A stretch of DNA of 46,955 nt, from contig CAZUVH010000001.1 in the NCBI GenBank assembly GCA_964623775.1, positions 106,790-153,744 on the forward strand, written 5' to 3'. Source of the stretch: an uncultured Candidatus Saccharibacteria bacterium (GTDB taxonomy: Bacteria; Patescibacteriota; Minisyncoccia; Phycocordibacterales; UBA2100). Position numbers and translations under genes: made by a program. The notes below the pieces were generated by a model. It was not told the DNA's origin. It was given only the letters and a program-made list of their open reading frames with translations, and did not search any database. Below are positions 8,962 through 17,859 of this stretch, piece after piece (the stretch's first letter is position 1; every line of letters starts with the position of its first letter).

Positions 8962-10655
8962 TTGCGGATATTCTCAAGCATTACTTCGTCGTGGAGATCC
9001 ACCATGCGGCCGAGCTCTTCGAGTGAGGTGACACCCTGCAGTACCTTCACTGCGCCATCTTGTGCCATACGACGGATGCCTTGGTGTGCAGCGGCCTTCC
9101 AGATCTCGCGCTCGGAAGACGTGTGACGCACCGTCTCCTCGATCTCTTTATCCATGAGAACGACTTCGACGACTGCGATACGGCCTTTGTAGCCGAGGCC
9201 ATGACACTTCTCACATCCTTTGGGGAGATACATTTTGGTGCGATCTTCAGGCAGCGATTCCGGATGCGGAATGTTGCGTAGGAGTGGTTCCATAGTCTTC
9301 AAATCCTCTCCCTCTATGGTCACCTGCACGCGGCAGTGCGGGCACAGGCGTCGCACAAGACGTTGTGCCATCGCCACGGTGACGGCGGCGCCCAGGATGT
9401 CGGCATTGACTCCCATGTCGATGAGACGAGGGAAGGTGCCCGCGGCGTCGTTGGTGTGAAGTGTGCTAAACACGAGGTGGCCGGTGAGCGACGCGTTGAT
9501 CGCGGTCGAAGCGACTTCGCCGTCGCGGATTTCGCCCACCATGATGACATCGGGGTCTTGGCGGAGTGTACTGCGGAGACCTTCGGCAAAAGTGTAATCA
9601 CGTGAGACTTGTGTCTGTACGATGCCGTCGAGGTGATATTCAATCGGATCTTCGATCGTGACCACTTTGATCTCCGGTGTCGTCACACGACCCAAGAATG
9701 CGTAGAGTGTCGTCGTCTTTCCGGAGCCGGTCGGACCAGTGTTGAGGATCATGCCGTTGGGTTTTGCGATCTCGGTGTTGAAAATATCCATAAGATATTT
9801 ATCAAAGCCGAGCGCCTCCATCGGAAGCGCGATGGTCGACGGGTCGAGTACGCGCATGACGATCGTCTCGGCATAATTGCCGGGCAATACAGAGGCGCGA
9901 ATCTCGATCTCTTTTTCATTGACCATGATCGAGAATCGGCCGTCTTGCGCAGCGTTCTTAATGTTGAGTTTCAAGCCTGAGAGGAGTTTGAGGCGCGCGG
10001 AGATGAGTGCGTACGTAGGAATATCGAATTTGGTGACCTCGATCAAGACACCGTCGAGTCGGTAGCGCATGCGCACATCCTCCTCTTCTGGTTCCAGGTG
10101 TATATCGGATGCGCCGAGTGCGAGTGCACCACCCATGACTACCTCAAGAATGTGCGAGACACGGTGCGAATCCTTGCTCCCTACGTGTTTCACAATTTCT
10201 GTGCGCACATCTTCCACCGTCTTCAGTATTTGGAGCATTTGCTGGATCGTTTCGTTCGAGAGTGTGAGCATGCCCGCCTCCGTCTCGGTAGCGTATGAGA
10301 TGTCGTGGTAGCGATCCCACGCGTGCTCAAGCGAGGCGCGCGAGACGATCATACGACGCACTTGGTAGCCCATTCCTTCGAGCGCCGCGATTTCCTGCAG
10401 AGAATCCTGGCGCTCCGGAGCGCGCATGGCCACATACAGTACCTTGTTCGCTTTACGGAAAGGCGCGATCTCTGCGGAACGTGCCTGGGCTTCCGGCACG
10501 AGTCGAAGCGCATCGGTACTGATGGATTTTGAAGTGAGGTCTACGTACTCGACACCGTATTTTCCGGCAAGCATTTCCGCCAACTCCTCCTCCTCTTTTT
10601 TGTGGAGTTCCTCCAGGCGTTCCTCCTGCTTTTTCTCATTAAATTGTCCCGACAT
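8958..10655 (-). CDS. pilB: Type IV pilus assembly ATPase PilB/GspE family
   Basis: ASDIHLEP, GPTGSGKTTTLY, TIEDPIEY, LRQDPDVIMVGEIRD, GHLVFSTLHTN, tetracysteine motif. Confidence 0.92.
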   Translation of the reverse strand: MSGQFNEKKQEERLEELHKKEEEELAEMLAGKYGVEYVDLTSKSISTDALRLVPEAQARSAEIAPFRKANKVLYVAMRAPERQDSLQEIAALEGMGYQVRRMIVSRASLEHAWDRYHDISYATETEAGMLTLSNETIQQMLQILKTVEDVRTEIVKHVGSKDSHRVSHILEVVMGGALALGASDIHLEPEEEDVRMRYRLDGVLIEVTKFDIPTYALISARLKLLSGLKLNIKNAAQDGRFSIMVNEKEIEIRASVLPGNYAETIVMRVLDPSTIALPMEALGFDKYLMDIFNTEIAKPNGMILNTGPTGSGKTTTLYAFLGRVTTPEIKVVTIEDPIEYHLDGIVQTQVSRDYTFAEGLRSTLRQDPDVIMVGEIRDGEVASTAINASLTGHLVFSTLHTNDAAGTFPRLIDMGVNADILGAAVTVAMAQRLVRRLCPHCRVQVTIEGEDLKTMEPLLRNIPHPESLPEDRTKMYLPKGCEKCHGLGYKGRIAVVEVVLMDKEIEETVRHTSSEREIWKAAAHQGIRRMAQDGAVKVLQGVTSLEELGRMVDLHDEVMLENIRN

Positions 10656-10728
10656 GTGTCACTATTGTATCGCACTTAAAATAAAAAGCGGCACCCCTCC
10701 ACGAGGGGTCAAATGATACAATCGCGGC

Positions 10729-11130
10729 ATGAGTATTGAGCCTCAAAACTTCGTCGCAGAGCTCTTACCAAAGGCGGAGCGCGCGACACTTGTGACACTT
10801 TCGGGCGATTTAGGAGCGGGGAAGACCACCTTTGTTCAAGGTATAGCTGCGGTGCTCGGCATCACCGAGACGGTAACAAGCCCAACGTTTGTCATTGAAA
10901 ATGTCTACGCGCTGACTGATCAGAAATGGAAGCGGCTCATACATATCGACGCCTATCGGCTGGAGAAGGGCAGCGAACTGGAACATCTAGGGTGGAATGA
11001 AATCGTCGCCGACCCAGAGAACCTTATTCTCCTCGAATGGCCGGAGAAAGTGGCGGAAATTATCCCCGAAGATGCAATTAAGCTGCGATTCGACTTTGAC
11101 GGCGAGGAGCGTATCATCAGCAGGACGTAA
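10729..11130 (+). CDS. tsaE: tRNA t6A biosynthesis ATPase TsaE
   Basis: LSGDLGAGKTTF, VTSPTF, HIDAYRL, LEWPE. Confidence 0.95.
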   Translation: MSIEPQNFVAELLPKAERATLVTLSGDLGAGKTTFVQGIAAVLGITETVTSPTFVIENVYALTDQKWKRLIHIDAYRLEKGSELEHLGWNEIVADPENLILLEWPEKVAEIIPEDAIKLRFDFDGEERIISRT

Positions 11131-11133
11131 TCC

Positions 11134-13602
11134 ATGGCAAAAAAAAGCGAAAAAACCGAAGTAAAGTCTGAGCGACCCTCGGCCGTAGACCGGCCACGGG
11201 CGAGGCTAGTGATTCTGGACTCGCACGCGATTCTGCATCGCGCGTATCATGCGATCCCCGCAGATTTCCAGACATCCAAAGGCGAGCCGACCAACGCGCT
11301 CTACGGTCTTTCATCGACGATTCTCAAGATGATTGCCGACCTCAAGCCCGACTATATCGTCGCGACGCGCGATTTACATGGCCCCACCCACCGACACGAA
11401 AAATACGAGGCATACAAGGGCACGCGCCAGAAGACCGACGACGAGCTTATCGCACAACTTGAGCGTGCCCCCATTATTTTTAAAGCTTTTGGCATCCCGC
11501 TGTACGAGGCAAAAGGCTACGAAGCCGACGATGTGATCGGCACCATCGTCGAGAAATTGAAGAAACAAAAAAATATTACGACCGTCATTGCATCCGGAGA
11601 TATGGATACGCTCCAGCTCGTGTCTGACAACGTGAAGGTATACACGATGCGCAAAGGACTCATGGACACCGTGCTCTACGACATTGAGATGGTAAAAGAG
11701 CGATACGGTTTCGGCCCAGAGCACGTCGTCGATTACAAAGCACTTCGTGGTGATCCGAGCGACAACATCCCGGGCATTCGAGGTGTGGGTGAGAAGACGG
11801 CGACGGAGCTCATCAAGGAATTCGGTTCGATCGAAGAGATGTACAAGGCATTCAAGAAAAACGAAGCGGCGGTCGCAAAAAAATTGAAGCCGCGTGTCTT
11901 CGAGCTCGTAAAGGGAGGGGAGAAGGATGCCAAAATGTCGAAAGAGATCGCAACAATCCACCCGGGTGCACCGATCACCTTTGAGAAGCCGAAAGAGAAA
12001 TGGCGTCTCGCCGATCATCTCGACACGGTGGTCGCGATGTGCGACGAGCTTGAATTTCGCTCACTCAAGGAGCGCGTCCGCGGCCTCGTGGAGAAAAGCC
12101 CGGCAAAAAAATCCGCCGACGCCAGTGCAGCACTCGAGGTAGTACCCAAGGCGCCGGTATCCGACATTGACCCGCTCGTATTCAAAGAGGTGTCCGTGGC
12201 GACGTGGCTTTTGCATTCGGACACGACCAATCCGAATCTCGAAGATGTTTTGAATTTTGCGCACACCGATAATTTTGAAAAAGCACGCGAATACATTTTT
12301 ACGGAGCTCAAGAAGACGGGACAGCTGCAGAAAGTTTTTGATGAGATAGAAAAGCCGCTCATTCCCATATGTCTGCGTATGCAAGAAGACGGCATCATGC
12401 TCGATGTGAAATATTTGAAACTTCTCGCCAAGGAATACAGCACGGGTCTTGCAGAAATCGCCGGGCGTATCTATGCGCACGCGGGACGTGAGTTCAATAT
12501 CAATTCGCCCAAGCAGCTCGGTGTCGTCCTCTACGATGAGCTCAAGATCAATGCGGGCGGCAGGCAGAAGAAGACGGCGGGCGGTGCGCGCACGACGCGC
12601 GAAGACGAACTGCTCAAGATGAAAGATTTGCACCCGATTATTGCCGACGTGCTCGCATTCCGCGAACTACAGAAGCTCCTCTCGACCTATATTGAGAAGA
12701 TGCCCGAACTCGTCGACAAAAACAATCGTCTGCACCCCGAATTCCTCCAGGCAGGCGCGGCAACGGGGCGCATGGCCTCACAGAATCCAGGCATTCAGAA
12801 TATCCCAATCAAGACAGAAAATGGCCGGCGCATTCGTACCGGATTCATTGCCGCGCCCGGATACGATCTCGTCGCGATCGATTATTCGCAGATCGAGCTG
12901 CGCATCGCCGCAGGGCTCTCGGGCGACAAAAAATTGGTGCAAATTTTCAAAGATGGCGGTGATGTGCACACGGCCGTCGCCTCGGAAGTCTTTGGAGTGC
13001 CAAAAGATAAAGTGGATAGGGAAATGCGCCGCCGTGCCAAGGTGATCAATTTCGGGATTCTCTATGGTATGGGCGTCAATGCGCTGCGCGGTAATCTCGG
13101 CAGCGGTGTGTCACGCGAAGAGGCCGCAGCGTTTTTGGCGAAGTATTTCAGCGATTTCTCCGGAGTCGCCCAATATATAGAGAGCACAAAGGCTGAAGCG
13201 GCCCGACTCGGATACACCGAGACGCTCTTTGGCCGCCGCCGCTATTTCCCGGGATTCAAATCGCAGCTCCCGAATCTGCGCGCAGCTGCCGAGCGTATGG
13301 CGACCAACGCGCCGATCCAAGGGACGCAAGCCGACATCATCAAAATGGCGATGATTGAAGCCGACAAACTCATCGAGAAAAACGGCTGGCGTGAAAAGGC
13401 GCGACTTCTTCTCCAAGTGCACGACGAACTGGTCTATGAGATCAAAAAAGAAGATGTCGCTGAAATTATGCCCCAACTCAAACACGTCATGGAATCCGTC
13501 GTTGATCCCAATCTCCTCTCGGGCGTGCCGATCATTGCAGAGGCAAATGTCGGCCCCAACTGGGGGAATTTAAAAAGAGTTGACCCAAGTCAATTTAAAT
13601 GA
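11134..13602 (+). CDS. polA: DNA polymerase I (5'-3' exonuclease and polymerase domains; 3'-5' exonuclease region reduced)
   Basis: YEADDVIG, GDPSDNIPG, DYSQIELR, AKVINFGILYG, LQVHDEL. Confidence 0.97.
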   Translation: MAKKSEKTEVKSERPSAVDRPRARLVILDSHAILHRAYHAIPADFQTSKGEPTNALYGLSSTILKMIADLKPDYIVATRDLHGPTHRHEKYEAYKGTRQKTDDELIAQLERAPIIFKAFGIPLYEAKGYEADDVIGTIVEKLKKQKNITTVIASGDMDTLQLVSDNVKVYTMRKGLMDTVLYDIEMVKERYGFGPEHVVDYKALRGDPSDNIPGIRGVGEKTATELIKEFGSIEEMYKAFKKNEAAVAKKLKPRVFELVKGGEKDAKMSKEIATIHPGAPITFEKPKEKWRLADHLDTVVAMCDELEFRSLKERVRGLVEKSPAKKSADASAALEVVPKAPVSDIDPLVFKEVSVATWLLHSDTTNPNLEDVLNFAHTDNFEKAREYIFTELKKTGQLQKVFDEIEKPLIPICLRMQEDGIMLDVKYLKLLAKEYSTGLAEIAGRIYAHAGREFNINSPKQLGVVLYDELKINAGGRQKKTAGGARTTREDELLKMKDLHPIIADVLAFRELQKLLSTYIEKMPELVDKNNRLHPEFLQAGAATGRMASQNPGIQNIPIKTENGRRIRTGFIAAPGYDLVAIDYSQIELRIAAGLSGDKKLVQIFKDGGDVHTAVASEVFGVPKDKVDREMRRRAKVINFGILYGMGVNALRGNLGSGVSREEAAAFLAKYFSDFSGVAQYIESTKAEAARLGYTETLFGRRRYFPGFKSQLPNLRAAAERMATNAPIQGTQADIIKMAMIEADKLIEKNGWREKARLLLQVHDELVYEIKKEDVAEIMPQLKHVMESVVDPNLLSGVPIIAEANVGPNWGNLKRVDPSQFK

Positions 13603-13643
13603 TATAATCACACTAGTGTAACGCACCATAAAGGAGAACTACG

Positions 13644-14270
13644 GTGCATGAGGAAACCCTTAAAAAGATAGAAAACGCTCGGCGAACGAAATCCTACAAT
13701 GACATGATCCTGCTCGGAGCGCCGCTCAAGGAACAGCTTCTTGGCGACGACTCGAAAGAGTCATGGGCAGTACGCGCCCGAGTCGACTACGAATGGAGCA
13801 TGGCGTACTACCAGCGGACACTCGATCCTCACGAGATCTCTACGGAAAAAATTTTGAAGGAATCTATGCGACTTGCGCAATCATCCATGGATGCGGCAAA
13901 GCGTGCAGACGATCGTGTGGGTGTCCTTTTCGCCCAGATGAACATCGGCGGACTCCTTCTCCCTGCGCTCGGTCGGCTGCAAGAGGGCTTCGACCTCTCG
14001 CAAAGCGTCCTCGCGAAAGCTTTCGCGATCGTCAGCGAACAGGGCAGTAGTGCCGAGCGTAAGCGCGCGAATCAGGTCGCGATGAACTGCTGTATGCATC
14101 TGATCAAGAACGGCATCGATCTTGGTTTCGCGAAAAATGCAATACGCATGTGGTCGGTGAAGCTGGTCACAAACCCGATGTTTCGTGACCACAGGACTCG
14201 CGACCCAAACTTTGCTGAAGATCTTCTGAAAAGAGCTCACGATTACTCGATGGGCCCCTTGGGCGCCTGA
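13644..14270 (+). CDS. Hypothetical helical (TPR-like) protein
   Basis: 208-aa ORF with TTGACC...TGATATAAT promoter and AAGGAG SD before GTG; amphipathic helical pattern. Confidence 0.65.
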   Translation: MHEETLKKIENARRTKSYNDMILLGAPLKEQLLGDDSKESWAVRARVDYEWSMAYYQRTLDPHEISTEKILKESMRLAQSSMDAAKRADDRVGVLFAQMNIGGLLLPALGRLQEGFDLSQSVLAKAFAIVSEQGSSAERKRANQVAMNCCMHLIKNGIDLGFAKNAIRMWSVKLVTNPMFRDHRTRDPNFAEDLLKRAHDYSMGPLGA

Positions 14271-14324
14271 TCAGAGTCGGACCTTCCCGCTTCGGCGTGA
14301 AGGTCCTTTTGATATGATGACCGC

Positions 14325-14996
14325 ATGATCCACCTTTATAGCGGTACTGATAGAAAGCGGGCGCGAGATGAGATGAATGCCACGATACAAAAAATTGCTA
14401 AAAAAGGTGTTGAGGTCGTGCGCATCACTGATGCACATACGGTGGCCGATCTGCAATCTGCTTTGCAAGGTGCGGGGATGTTTGGCGGAGAGAGGATAGT
14501 TGTGCTGGAGGGCGTGTGGGGCAATGAGGAGATGCGCGCCGGAGTGGAGGCGCGACTCAAGGAGATGCGCGATTCGAAAGAGCAATTTTTTATTTTTGAA
14601 GATAAACTCGATGCGGCGACGCGCAAATCGATCGAGAAATATGCGGAGGATTCAAAACGATTCGATTCCAAATCCGCCCAAGGCGGATCCGCCTTGGGCG
14701 GAAAAGGAGGGAGTGTAATATTTACTTTGGCAAATGCTCTGCAAAGAGGGGACAAGAAAGCACTCTGGGTCGGCTACCAGCGCGAGCTGCAGACGAGCGA
14801 TCCCGAAGCAATACAGGGCGTGCTCTTTTGGGGAGCAAAACAGATGCTCCTCAATGCACGAAGCGATCGCGACAGATCCCGCGCGGAAAAAATCGTAGCA
14901 CAGCTTGCCGAACTTCCACACGAATCACGCCGTCGGGGCGTCGACCTTGAATATGCACTTGAGAAATTTGTACTCTCTGTGGCGCCTGCCCCGTAG
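14325..14996 (+). CDS. holA: DNA polymerase III delta subunit (HolA-like, short form)
   Basis: MIHLYSGTD start, GMFGGERIVVL, IFTLANAL, LEYALEKFVL pattern; near polA. Confidence 0.7.
   Translation: MIHLYSGTDRKRARDEMNATIQKIAKKGVEVVRITDAHTVADLQSALQGAGMFGGERIVVLEGVWGNEEMRAGVEARLKEMRDSKEQFFIFEDKLDAATRKSIEKYAEDSKRFDSKSAQGGSALGGKGGSVIFTLANALQRGDKKALWVGYQRELQTSDPEAIQGVLFWGAKQMLLNARSDRDRSRAEKIVAQLAELPHESRRRGVDLEYALEKFVLSVAPAP
14673..14702. repeat. 30-bp perfect palindrome in frame within holA
   Basis: tccgcccaaggcgga-tccgccttgggcgga; encodes SAQGGSALGG. Confidence 0.85.
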
Positions 14997-15057
14997 CAAA
15001 ATCAGCAAACTTCGTTTCTACTTATACAGAGGTAGCGTGAGATTTTTGCTACCGGGG
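14989..15057. repeat. REP/MITE-like inverted-repeat element overlapping the holA stop codon
   Basis: ccccgtagcaaaatc ... gatttttgctaccgggg imperfect terminal inverted repeats. Confidence 0.55.
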
Positions 15058-15079
15058 TGATATTATTTAAGATATCAAT

Positions 15080-16507
15080 ATGAGCGTACGAAGCACCTCA
15101 TTGATCGTTGTTGTGCTGTTTTCTGCGGCATCCATCTTTGTGATTACTCCCCAGTTCGTTTACGCAGCTTTTGGACAGGCAAATGAACAATGCATACCCG
15201 TTGTAGACGAAAAATGCCCATGTACGCAGAATTGGTTTTGCGATAAAAAAGGTTGCGGCTGCAAAGGTCCGATCAAAAATAAATGGATGTGCAAGTGTGT
15301 CGATACGACGGCAAACGGGGTCACGACAGGCCACTGTGTCATGGGCAGTATCTGCCACGGTGACTCAAATTCAAGCGACACCGGTCAGCAGGGTGGTGGA
15401 CTCGGAATGGAACAGCTCATGTCCGCAATGAAAGGCATCATGGATGCACTGAAAGGCGGAGGTGGTGGAGGAGGAGGTGGTGGCGATAGTGGCGGCGGCA
15501 TGGGTTCGCAAGGCTGCACCACGTTCTATCAGACCTCTATCCAAGGCAACCCAGATCCATGCTCTTACTACGTGCCATCTCCCCTCGATTTCACTATCCC
15601 CGGCGGGACGACTACGTTGCCAGGGTTGACGTGCACCACATACACGCCTACAGCAGTCCAAAACGACCCGACGCCGTGTACATTCTATGTCCCCGGGGGC
15701 GCGACTGGTAGTGATGCGTGCGCGTCGTATACCGCGACAGCGATCATCAATGATCCTACCCCGTGCAAATTTTATTCGCCGCTCGCAGGGAATAATGCAG
15801 GATCGAACACAGCGGGATCCGGAAAGTCGTCCACAACCGTCAATGTGTTTGTAAATGCGGCGGCGCAAGGGCCCGCCTTTTTCTCAAATATCTTGAACAG
15901 TATTTCCGGCATGGGAGGCGGTGGAGGTGATATCGATGTTCGTGACAGTGGAGCCACAATTTATGCCGGCAATGCGGATACAAAAACGAATTCTGGCATC
16001 GCGGGATTCTTTGGCGGCGATGCAACCAACGGCCAGACGGGCAGCGGGATAATCACGCGGCTTTGCATTTCTCGCCCATGGGCCGGGGCACTTCTCTCGA
16101 TACTCATCCCGCCGACATTCTTTGATACGCTCTGCAAATTGCGCGGATATCAGGTCGGTTCAACACCCCCACCACCTGTGAAGACAGTGTCACAAACGGT
16201 GACGCCGACGCGGTACACTCCTCCTCCGGCAACCATCAAGGGAAGCGCGCAGACTGTCGCACCCCAGGCCGACATCTGGGCAGTGCCGCTCAGAGTACCG
16301 ATCGGTGCACGCACATCAATATTCTGGAGTTCGAAGGGTGTAAAGTCGTGTACCGTATCAAGCCCCGACGGCAATTTCCACGAGACAGCACTCTCTGGCG
16401 GCGGCTCCACCGTGCCGATCGTTACCGCGACCACCTTTACGATTTCCTGTATTGCGCACGATGATTCGCATGTCACGAACAGCGTGACCGTGTATTTGAA
16501 GATTTAA
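15080..16507 (+). CDS. Secreted Cys-rich surface protein with three disulfide repeats and a C-terminal Ig-like domain
   Basis: Signal peptide ending VYA; Cys-rich N-domain; poly-Gly; three C-x14-C repeats. Confidence 0.8.
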   Translation: MSVRSTSLIVVVLFSAASIFVITPQFVYAAFGQANEQCIPVVDEKCPCTQNWFCDKKGCGCKGPIKNKWMCKCVDTTANGVTTGHCVMGSICHGDSNSSDTGQQGGGLGMEQLMSAMKGIMDALKGGGGGGGGGGDSGGGMGSQGCTTFYQTSIQGNPDPCSYYVPSPLDFTIPGGTTTLPGLTCTTYTPTAVQNDPTPCTFYVPGGATGSDACASYTATAIINDPTPCKFYSPLAGNNAGSNTAGSGKSSTTVNVFVNAAAQGPAFFSNILNSISGMGGGGGDIDVRDSGATIYAGNADTKTNSGIAGFFGGDATNGQTGSGIITRLCISRPWAGALLSILIPPTFFDTLCKLRGYQVGSTPPPPVKTVSQTVTPTRYTPPPATIKGSAQTVAPQADIWAVPLRVPIGARTSIFWSSKGVKSCTVSSPDGNFHETALSGGGSTVPIVTATTFTISCIAHDDSHVTNSVTVYLKI

Positions 16508-16630
16508 GGGTTTTTTGAAAATCGCGCGCTGCTTCGTTGCGCTTCACAAAATTCCACTCACCATATACTCGATACGGCTTGCGGGATTTTGTTTGTGCGC
16601 CTCGCATCTCATCGATTTTCAACAAAACCC
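16508..16630. mobile_element. MITE-like non-autonomous element (about 123 bp)
   Basis: Terminal inverted repeats gggttttttgaaaatcg / cgattttcaacaaaaccc with nested internal inverted repeats; no ORF. Confidence 0.55.
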
Positions 16631-16688
16631 CAGGAAACATCGACGGATTCGCGGAAATGTGTCGTGAGTGTTATATTCTTGAAGTTAT

Positions 16689-16761
16689 CCGCCCATAGCT
16701 CAGTTGGTAGAGCAGGTCCCTTTTAAGGACAAGGTCGTAGGTTCGATCCCTACTGGGCGGA
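16689..16761 (+). tRNA. tRNA-Lys(UUU)
   Basis: Cloverleaf: CCGCCCA/TGGGCGG acceptor, anticodon loop CTTTTAA, GGTTCGATCC T-arm; CCA not encoded. Confidence 0.95.
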
Positions 16762-16893
16762 CAAGACCAAAAACAGCACCTGCGTGCTGTTTTTGCGTAC
16801 TTGTCCGAGCCGGAGCGATGTCGCGCAAGCATGTGCGACCGCGAGGAGGGGTCGCGAGAACTCGCTTGCGACGGCAAGCGAGTTACTTGTGAC
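16762..16893 (+). repeat. Structured mini-element attached to the tRNA-Lys 3' end
   Basis: Three nested hairpins including a C(GACG)G-capped stem; same architecture as 31390-31564. Confidence 0.6.
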
Positions 16894-16895
16894 GA

Positions 16896-17297
16896 CTAAA
16901 GAGGCAAGTCGAATGCGAATGCACCAGCGCCGGTAAAGATAAGTGAGACACTCATGACAAAGAGCAGCACGTACGCGCCGGCCGAAAACGGAAAGATCGC
17001 TGGGTATTTTCGTGACCAGAAGGCGTGTTTGGCAGCAACAAGGGCAGCCAAGATCGCCATCGGCTGCGTCCATGCTCCGACAAAAAGTGCAGCTCCGATC
17101 AGTCCTGTCGCCGAGGCACCGACCACGATCATCCAGTTGTGCATGTGACCAATAATAGGGAGCCGAATCGCGCCCACTTCCCGCGATGACGAAAAGAGGC
17201 GGTATGCAACATATATAAGCGCGATAGCGACCGTGACCCGTATCATGCTCGTCGAGAGAGGTGCTAGGTAGAGCATTGATGGGAAGACCGATAACAT
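16896..17297 (-). CDS. DoxX-like membrane protein
   Basis: Four hydrophobic segments, GAWTQPMAIL, C-terminal TGAGAFAFDLPL; start moved to ATG 17297 after TGGTATACT. Confidence 0.75.
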   Translation of the reverse strand: MLSVFPSMLYLAPLSTSMIRVTVAIALIYVAYRLFSSSREVGAIRLPIIGHMHNWMIVVGASATGLIGAALFVGAWTQPMAILAALVAAKHAFWSRKYPAIFPFSAGAYVLLFVMSVSLIFTGAGAFAFDLPL

Positions 17298-17332
17298 GTC
17301 AAAAAGTATACCATTCATGATAGTGTGCCTCC

Positions 17333-17809
17333 ATGTCGGAAATTGCCATACTACTTCACAATATTCGAAGCACTCATAATGTCGGATCAATTTTTCGTAC
17401 ATCCGACGCGGCGGGCGTGGCGAAGATGTACCTATCGGGGTACACGCCGACACCCATTGATCGTTTCGGGCGACCGCAAAAGGATATTGCGAAAACCGCA
17501 CTCGGCGCGGAAAAAACGACTCCATGGGAATATTTCAAAACTCCACAGAAACTGATTTCCAGATTAAAAGGGGAGGGATGGATGGTCGTCGGTGTCGAGC
17601 AAGACAATCGATCGATCGACTATCGAAATTTCAAACCTACATCGAAGACTCTCCTCATATTCGGCAACGAAGTGCTCGGCATATCACCCGTGCTGCTCAA
17701 GCAATGCGACACGATCGTCGAAATCCCCATGCACGGAAAAAAAGAATCACTCAATGTATCCGTCGCGGCGGGAATTATCTTGTTTCAAAATCCCAACACT
17801 TCAGAATAA
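17333..17809 (+). CDS. TrmH/SpoU family RNA methyltransferase
   Basis: HNIRSTHNVGSIFRT, IFGNEVLG, EIPMHGKKESLNVSVAAGI. Confidence 0.93.
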   Translation: MSEIAILLHNIRSTHNVGSIFRTSDAAGVAKMYLSGYTPTPIDRFGRPQKDIAKTALGAEKTTPWEYFKTPQKLISRLKGEGWMVVGVEQDNRSIDYRNFKPTSKTLLIFGNEVLGISPVLLKQCDTIVEIPMHGKKESLNVSVAAGIILFQNPNTSE

Positions 17810-17830
17810 CTGAAGTATTGGGATTTTAAA
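17783..17830. terminator. Long hairpin, likely bidirectional terminator, overlapping the TrmH stop codon
   Basis: aaaatcccaacacttcag-aataa-ctgaagtattgggatttt between convergent genes. Confidence 0.6.
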
Positions 17831-17859
17831 TACGAACGCAGCATTTGTCCTCGCGAATA

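Noticed and set aside
11134-13602. PolA without a clear proofreading domain as a novelty
   Set aside because: Degenerate or missing 3'-5' exonuclease domains are common in bacterial PolA
16671-16892. Short ORFs over tRNA-Lys, and similar ORFs over the other tRNAs
   Set aside because: These are shadows of tRNA genes and adjacent repeats
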